Below, piece after piece: positions 59,301 to 64,000 of a stretch of 64,000 bases of DNA; position 1 is the stretch's first letter, and the number at the start of each line of letters is the position of its first letter. Both the position numbers and the translations under genes were made by a program. Origin of the DNA: Candidatus Pacearchaeota archaeon (GTDB lineage Archaea > Nanobdellota > Nanobdellia > Pacearchaeales > UBA284); contig JBNAVB010000001.1 in the NCBI GenBank assembly GCA_049699715.1, forward strand, positions 808-64,807, written 5' to 3'. The notes under the pieces were generated by a model. It searched no databases. It was not told the DNA's origin and was given only the letters and a program-made list of their open reading frames with translations.

Positions 59301-60237
59301 CATCTATAATACCTGAAAGAAATGCAAAAATAACAGATTTTGGCGATTTTGATATTGTTTCTGGAACTTTAATGTTGTATGCTTTTTTATCCATAATATC
59401 AAATAAAGACAAAAATCTTTTTGAATAATCTGTGCTGTTCAATCTAATTAAATAACTGTTGTTTTTAATACAAATATTTTCATTAGTGTCGAATTCTTTT
59501 TGGAATATTTTTTGTATTTTATTAATTACACTTTTACAATTATTCTGAATTGATAGCCTCAAATACTCTTTTTTTCTGTCTATCCATCCATCAGACAAAA
59601 ACATTCCAAGAAGATAAGCAAGGTTTTCATTGATAACAATTCCATTCCTTTTAACATATTTATTTATCTTTGGATATGTTCCTTGGAGTACCAAATAAAC
59701 TCCCTTTTTCAATTCAGAGGCCTTCTTCCATTCAAATTTGAGATCTTTTGTAAGAACCATATACATTTGCCCTTTAGTAGAAGTGTTAGAAGAGCCATTT
59801 TTTAGTGTGACTTCAACTAGCTCTTGCTTGGGCATAATGTATAATTTGGTTATTTTTCTTATCCCGTTCGAAGTGAATACCCTGTCTCCTTTTTTTAATT
59901 TTTGAATAGGAATAAGCCCTTTTGGTGTAGAGACTAGTGTATCTTTTACAAAACATTCACCTACGATTCTAGCACTTTTCTTTGTCTGCCCTTTCTGCAA
60001 GCCCATCAAATCCATTGAATACAAGATTCTACGTTGAACAGGCTTCAATCCATCTTCGACTGCAGGCAATGCTCTCGAGACTATGACACTCATGGCATAA
60101 TCAATGTAAGCTTTTTTCATCTCGTCTGAGATTTCTGAATCAATCTGCCCTTTTTCCTTTTCCTCTCCCATTTCTTCCCCCTCTTCTGTCTCTTCCTTCT
60201 TTGTTTCTTTTTCTTTCTTCTCTTCTTTTTCGGCCAT
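56398..60237 (-). CDS. gyrA: DNA gyrase subunit A interrupted in-frame by a large intein
   Basis: Extein: ...KSARIVGE | [39 protein letters not shown] (GyrA active-site region), long C-terminal beta-pinwheel. Removing residues 95-536 restores a ~837-aa GyrA. Confidence 0.85.
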   Translation of the reverse strand: MAEKEEKKEKETKKEETEEGEEMGEEKEKGQIDSEISDEMKKAYIDYAMSVIVSRALPAVEDGLKPVQRRILYSMDLMGLQKGQTKKSARIVGECFVKDTLVSTPKGLIPIQKLKKGDRVFTSNGIRKITKLYIMPKQELVEVTLKNGSSNTSTKGQMYMVLTKDLKFEWKKASELKKGVYLVLQGTYPKINKYVKRNGIVINENLAYLLGMFLSDGWIDRKKEYLRLSIQNNCKSVINKIQKIFQKEFDTNENICIKNNSYLIRLNSTDYSKRFLSLFDIMDKKAYNIKVPETISKSPKSVIFAFLSGIIDGDGFVHKNRKVINITSISEKFIDSLQTLLFSLGIFSRKYRNKKKNHSYKGRIIKPNFETYSLEICGSSIQSLKDNLNLSNEQKKERLLKIKTKVNPSQFDILPYFGSAIFSEFSEKHLGGGWYKDVNGKKFRLGIKYENGTKIRYYKGLKNKIKIYKSTIKKLNILEKLKRIGSPLAAKLKPILENDFFFVEVKKVERAKPEITYDIQVEKEHEFLANGMRSHNCMGKFHPHGDMAIYDALVRMAQDFSLRYPLVHGQGNFGSMDGDSPAAMRYTEAKLAAISAELLEDIDKETVKFLQNFDNSLEEPETLPGKLPNLLINGATGIAVGMATNLPPHNLGEVCDAINAYINNPDITIEKLSEIIIGPDFPTGGQANANFLEIYKSGKGRIILRGKTTTEEHKGRTSIIITEIPYMLNKAELVKDIAKLIQEKKLPDVWDLRDESAKGKVRIVIELRKGADYKFTLNRLYKFTRLQDNFDVNMIALVKGHPKQLNLKNLIEEYVKYREVIVTKRTKFELKKAQERREIVQGLLIALKDIDAVVKLIKGSKNTTEAYESLLKKFSLTGKQAQAILDMKLSSLTNLEQDKLKDEEKKLRELIKELEKILSSGKEILNVIKKEVSELKRKYGDARRTQILQRIAEIQEKDIISKKDVVITITDKGYCKRIDVKDYKEQKRGGKGVIGSDLATGDFVKQIITCSTHDYLLFFTNKGRVYWLKAYYIPAVEKYSKGKALINILNLKDETIQSVMAVKEFKDFLMIVTKKGQVKKMNLSLLSKPRASGVRVINLPLDGSDVVIDVKPIKEKQEVILVTKEGQAIRFNSDEVRTMGRASYGVTGIKLEKGDEVVSLEVLDDPKSTILTITEKGYGKRSAIEDYRLTGRACKGVINLKISDKTGKVVTTVSVNDKDSGIVTTSKGMVIRVPCKDIRVMGRATQGVRIIRLRPDDKVTDLAKVVEITELNGNNKYSQ
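58630..59955 (-). mobile_element. GyrA intein (~442 aa) with embedded LAGLIDADG homing-endonuclease domain
   Basis: Begins with Cys directly after ARIVGE, ends ...GMRSHN followed by extein +1 Cys. Internal motifs [14 protein letters not shown] and [12 protein letters not shown]; inserted where canonical GyrA reads ARIVGDVMGKYHPHGD. Confidence 0.75.
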
Positions 60238-60264
60238 TTTCTATTTTTTTTATTATCTAAAATT

Positions 60265-60546
60265 TTAATTTTTCTTAATTTGTTCTTTGTTTTTATAAAT
60301 AATCAGGTTGTTGCTTTCATACACCGCCAAGACTTTGAAATAACCCTCCCCGGGGATTTCATATTTTGGACATTCTTTACAAAATAACTCATCACAGTAG
60401 TAATAGATTTTTCTTTGGATTGGAAACCAGATTATTTTACACTTATCACACAATTGGAACAGTTCTCGCAATTTATCTAGTTTTAATTTTATTCCAAGAT
60501 TATTTTCCGCAAGTTTTTCCAGTTGGCTTTTCCCCTTAGTTATCAT
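60265..60546 (-). CDS. Hypothetical small Cys-rich protein
   Basis: CDKCKII...CDELFCKECPKYE zinc-ribbon-like pattern; 93 aa; between gyrB and gyrA. Confidence 0.3.
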   Translation of the reverse strand: MITKGKSQLEKLAENNLGIKLKLDKLRELFQLCDKCKIIWFPIQRKIYYYCDELFCKECPKYEIPGEGYFKVLAVYESNNLIIYKNKEQIKKN

Positions 60547-60627
60547 TTTTAGTCTTTACTTTTCATTTTCAATTTTATTTTTTCTTTGGCTTTTCTAACT
60601 TTTCTAAATTTTTGAAATTTAACATTA

Positions 60628-60984
60628 TTAACATGTAACATGAAACAAGCCTGCCTTTCTCGCTTCAGTTTCGTTAAAAATTTTTATAGCTTTCGGCGTG
60701 GGTTCTGCTATGAGTTTAGTTCCGTATTTTTCGCAAATTCTTTCAGCACCCTGTTCTAGATGGCATGCCTTGTATTGCCCCAATCCGACTATTAAAACTT
60801 GGGGTTTTGAAGCAAGTAAATCTTTAATTTCTTCTGTGCAAATAAGGTGATGGGTTCCATAATGCTTCTCCCCTATATCGCTTCTTTTTGCAACGACGCC
60901 GTTCCCATCAATAATGATGTCATAATTATAAGTTTTATTGTCTATAACAATTTTGCCGAACTCTGTCGAATTTACCTTTACCAT
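60628..60984 (-). CDS. Mth938-like domain protein
   Basis: YNYDIIIDGNG...HYGTHHL...LLASKPQVLIVGLGQYK...AEPTPKAIKIFNE...AGLFHVTC follows the Mth938/DUF498 pattern. Confidence 0.5.
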   Translation of the reverse strand: MVKVNSTEFGKIVIDNKTYNYDIIIDGNGVVAKRSDIGEKHYGTHHLICTEEIKDLLASKPQVLIVGLGQYKACHLEQGAERICEKYGTKLIAEPTPKAIKIFNETEARKAGLFHVTC

Positions 60985-60995
60985 CTTGATTAAAA

Positions 60996-62921
60996 TTAAA
61001 CGTCGAGTATTGCCTCCTTCGCATGTTCCTCAATGAAGGCGCGTCTAGGAGCAACATCATCGCCCATAAGCATCTGGAATGTGGTGTCGGCTTCTACAGC
61101 ATCTTCTATAGTAACTCTTTTTATCTTTCGTGTGTTGGGGTTCATTGTTGTTTCCCATAGCTGTTGTGGATTCATCTCTCCTAGACCTTTGAACCTTGTT
61201 ACGTTTGCATTGCCCAATTTGTCAAGAACCCTCTTCAATGCTCCGTCTGAATAAACATAATGATCTTTTTTCTTTCGGATTTTATACAAAGGTGGCACTG
61301 CAACCCATATGTGTCCGTTTTCAATGAGCGGACGCATAAACCTGAAGAAAAACGTCAAGAGCAAAGTTTTGATATGCTGGCCGTCGACATCTGCATCAGT
61401 CATTATTATTATTTTAGAATAACGCAGCTTTTCTATATTGAAATCTTCTCCTACGCCTGTGCCTATTACAGTTATCAAGTTTGAAATTTCCTCGTTTGAG
61501 AAAACTTTTGTCGGCGCGGCTTTTTCTACATTCAAAATTTTCCCCTTCAAGGGCAGCACAGCTTGGATTTCTTTGTTTCTCGCCTGTTTTGCGCTTCCTC
61601 CAGCGCTCTCTCCCTCAACGATGTAAAGCTCGGTTTCTTCTTTCTTCGAGCTAGAACAATCTGCGAGCTTTCCAGGCAAGCCACTGAAGCCAAAAGCACT
61701 TTTCCTTCTTACAAGCTCTTTGGCTTTCTTCGCAGCTTCTCTTGCTTTCGCGGCTTCGCTTGCCTTTGTAGCAATTTTCTTGGCGATTTGAGGATTCTCT
61801 TCAAACATCTCTGACAAGCAAGAAGTTACAACAGAGTCAACATAACCTTTTACTTCACTGTTGCCAAGCTTTGTTTTGGTTTGGCCTTCGAACTGGGGGT
61901 TTTTTATCTTGATGCTAACGATAGCTGTTAAGCCTTCTCTAACATCATCTCCTGTGAGAGAGCCAGACTTTATTATGCCTTGTTTCTGGGCATAATCATT
62001 GATGACTCTTGTCAAAGCAGTTTTGAAACCAATAATATGCGTTCCGCCTTCGATTGTGTTAATTGTGTTGACAAAGCCAAAAATATTTTCTTGATAACCG
62101 GTGTTGTATTGAATTGCGACTTCGACAATTGTATGATCTGCCTCTTTTCTGAAATAAATAGGCTTGTGAAGCGGTTCTTTAGTTCTGTTAAGCCACTTTA
62201 CAAATTCTTGGAGGCCCCCATCATAGACAAATTCTTCGCGCTTTTCTTTTTCTCCCCTCTTATCTTCAAGGATTATCCTTAGACCTGCATTTAAAAACGC
62301 TAACTCGCGGAACCTTGTGGCTAAAAGCGCGAAATCAAGTTCAGTAGTTGAAAAAATTGACTCGTCTGGATAAAAAGTTACCTTAGTTCCTGTCAAGCTT
62401 TTATCGCATGAGCCTATAATTTTGACTTCATGCAATGGATTGCCTATTTTATAGCTTTGCATGTATATCTTGCCATCGCGCTTGACTTCAACTATCATTT
62501 TTTTTGACAGCGCTGCAACAACACTGATACCGACACCATGCAGCCCCCCAGAAATCGCATAAGCTTTGTTGTCAAACTTGCCTCCAGCGTGCAATTTTGT
62601 GACAATAATTTCCATGGCAGATTTCTTGTAAATAGGATGTATATCCACAGGGATTCCACGACCGTTATCTTCGACTGTGACGCTTCCGTCTTTGTTGAGC
62701 GTTACTCTTATGGCATTGCAAACTCCAGCCAGGCACTCGTCAACGGCATTATCAACTATCTCATACACGAGATGATGCAAACCTTCCTTACCTGTAGAGC
62801 CTATATACATCGCTGGCCTTTTCCTAACTCCCTCCAATCCTTCAAGAACCTTGATGCTTTCGGCTGTATATTTCTGTTTTTCTTCCTTGCTTTGTTGTAT
62901 TTCTTTTCCTTCGCCAGACAT
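60996..62921 (-). CDS. gyrB: DNA gyrase subunit B
   Basis: GHKL ATPase N-box (LHHLVYEIVDNAVDE), GLHGVGISVV, TOPRIM ELYIVEGESAGGSAKQ, C-terminal MGDDVAPRRAFIEE. Confidence 0.9.
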   Translation of the reverse strand: MSGEGKEIQQSKEEKQKYTAESIKVLEGLEGVRKRPAMYIGSTGKEGLHHLVYEIVDNAVDECLAGVCNAIRVTLNKDGSVTVEDNGRGIPVDIHPIYKKSAMEIIVTKLHAGGKFDNKAYAISGGLHGVGISVVAALSKKMIVEVKRDGKIYMQSYKIGNPLHEVKIIGSCDKSLTGTKVTFYPDESIFSTTELDFALLATRFRELAFLNAGLRIILEDKRGEKEKREEFVYDGGLQEFVKWLNRTKEPLHKPIYFRKEADHTIVEVAIQYNTGYQENIFGFVNTINTIEGGTHIIGFKTALTRVINDYAQKQGIIKSGSLTGDDVREGLTAIVSIKIKNPQFEGQTKTKLGNSEVKGYVDSVVTSCLSEMFEENPQIAKKIATKASEAAKAREAAKKAKELVRRKSAFGFSGLPGKLADCSSSKKEETELYIVEGESAGGSAKQARNKEIQAVLPLKGKILNVEKAAPTKVFSNEEISNLITVIGTGVGEDFNIEKLRYSKIIIMTDADVDGQHIKTLLLTFFFRFMRPLIENGHIWVAVPPLYKIRKKKDHYVYSDGALKRVLDKLGNANVTRFKGLGEMNPQQLWETTMNPNTRKIKRVTIEDAVEADTTFQMLMGDDVAPRRAFIEEHAKEAILDV

Positions 62922-63086
62922 TTTTTGGGGGTTTTTTGTTATGTTTTTTTCTTGAATTTATCGTCGAGAATAAAGGTTTTATCGTCGACAATTATAACAA
63001 AGTAAACTATATTTAAAAATCTTTTTGCCGAATTAAGCCTTATTTAATTGATAAAATAGAGAATTAGCAAAAAAGTTTTTTGCTTT

Positions 63087-64000
63087 TTACTTTTTGTGTT
63101 CTTTATGTCTCACAATTTTTTTTCTCTTTTTGAAATATATCATTAGACTTATAATCAATGCCGCAAGAATCACAAGATAATACCAACAAATCCCAACTTG
63201 CCAGAAATAAATCCCCCAACAGAACCCAAACAAACAGCAGTCGGGCCTGCAGGCATTTCTTACACACTTGTAGACCCTGCCCAAGAACACGGGGCCTAAA
63301 GCTAAGCCTTCGCGCTTGCATCCGCAATCCTTGCAACAATTCTCCTGGTTTTCAGCGAGCTCGCATCTCGCATCGCCACATCTAGCAGCGTAACAATCAT
63401 TAGGGCAGGTTCTCCAGTCTTCGCCTTTGTCGGGCTCACAGATTCCGTTACCGCAGGCTGCGCAGTCAATAGGGCAATTTTCTGGCGTTTCATTCTTGTC
63501 TGCTTCACATATTAGGTTGCCACAGAATATCGCACAATCAGGGCATGAAGCATAAGTCTCACCAAGGTCACAAACATTATCATAATCGCAACCTCCACAG
63601 CAATCTGCGCAACAAGTTAGGGCAGTTTCATTACATTCTGCTTGGCAAATCTTATCCCCACAAATACAACCAGGACAATCTATAGGGCAATTCAATGTTG
63701 TCTCAGTGAAATTGAAGCACAATCCATGTATCACATCACAGATTCCGTTGCCGCATCTACAGTCCTGAGGACAAGTAATATTAGTTTCATTATGCTCGGG
63801 CTGGCATTTGCCGTCAGGACAGTGACAATCAAAAGGACAAATACTACAGTTCTCGCCATAATCTTTATCGCAAATTCCATTAGGCGGGTTGCATAAACAA
63901 TCAACACAATTAGTAACATTCTCACACCTGCGTCTTGTGGAATCATTAGTCAAGTCAGGAATAGGTTCGCAAATGCTGTTGTTGTTACATACAGGCGCAC
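63087..64000 (-). CDS. Membrane-anchored cysteine-rich repeat protein, 5' partial (N-terminus beyond window end)
   Basis: Reading frame stays open to the window edge with no ATG (the listed M is a TTG). Repeated NETxxxCPxDC / CGNGICE modules and a C-terminal TM WYYLVILAALIISLMIYF plus basic tail. Confidence 0.45.
   Translation of the reverse strand, partial: APVCNNNSICEPIPDLTNDSTRRRCENVTNCVDCLCNPPNGICDKDYGENCSICPFDCHCPDGKCQPEHNETNITCPQDCRCGNGICDVIHGLCFNFTETTLNCPIDCPGCICGDKICQAECNETALTCCADCCGGCDYDNVCDLGETYASCPDCAIFCGNLICEADKNETPENCPIDCAACGNGICEPDKGEDWRTCPNDCYAARCGDARCELAENQENCCKDCGCKREGLALGPVFLGRVYKCVRNACRPDCCLFGFCWGIYFWQVGICWYYLVILAALIISLMIYFKKRKKIVRHKEHKK

Noticed and set aside
56843-59428. 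Plus-strand ORFs inside gyrA (56843..57145, 57296..57640, 57656..57898, 58262..58537, 58458..58694, 59177..59428)
   Set aside because: Antisense to gyrA and its intein; Ser/Leu-rich low-complexity translations.
61033-63005. Plus-strand ORFs inside gyrB and the 155-aa ORF 62538..63005 spanning the gyrB start
   Set aside because: Antisense to a motif-rich GyrB; 62538..63005 is hydrophobic low-complexity and overlaps the gyrB N-terminus and promoter.

Overview
AT-rich archaeal chromosomal segment. Archaeal-type translation, transcription and replication proteins (aIF5B, aIF2-gamma, aRF1, ribosomal proteins S6e, S24e, S27ae and S2, Rpo7/Spt4, family-B DNA polymerase, FEN-1, RNase HII, RNase P Pop5, CCA-adding enzyme) together with small proteins, intron-containing tRNAs and reduced gene sizes suggest a small-genome archaeon (possibly DPANN); this lineage call is inference. 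The window holds an rRNA operon of 16S, tRNA-Ala(TGC) with a 37-nt anticodon-loop intron, and 23S, with no 5S detected. It also holds a conserved rpoE'-spt4-rps24e-rps27ae cluster, valyl- and threonyl-tRNA synthetases, AMP phosphorylase, and a gyrB ... gyrA locus in which GyrA carries a ~442-aa intein with a LAGLIDADG endonuclease. Accessory and unusual content: (i) a signal-peptide/TM receptor-like protein whose cytoplasmic tail resembles a class III nucleotidyl-cyclase catalytic domain, flanked by other secreted or membrane proteins; (ii) a 1096-aa heavily sequon-decorated LamG-domain surface protein followed by a small secreted Cys-rich protein; (iii) a tRNA island with a probable initiator tRNA carrying two non-canonical introns, a free-standing LAGLIDADG endonuclease gene and a tRNA with an apparent AGG anticodon; (iv) a HicA-like toxin gene and its downstream neighbour, each interrupted by a +1 frameshift in an A-run; (v) an ImmA/IrrE-like HExxH mini-protein translationally coupled to a 435-aa coiled-coil protein; (vi) a bacterial-type Lgt-like membrane protein. 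No CRISPR array was seen. All functional calls rest on motif recognition by eye in the translated ORFs; no database search was run.
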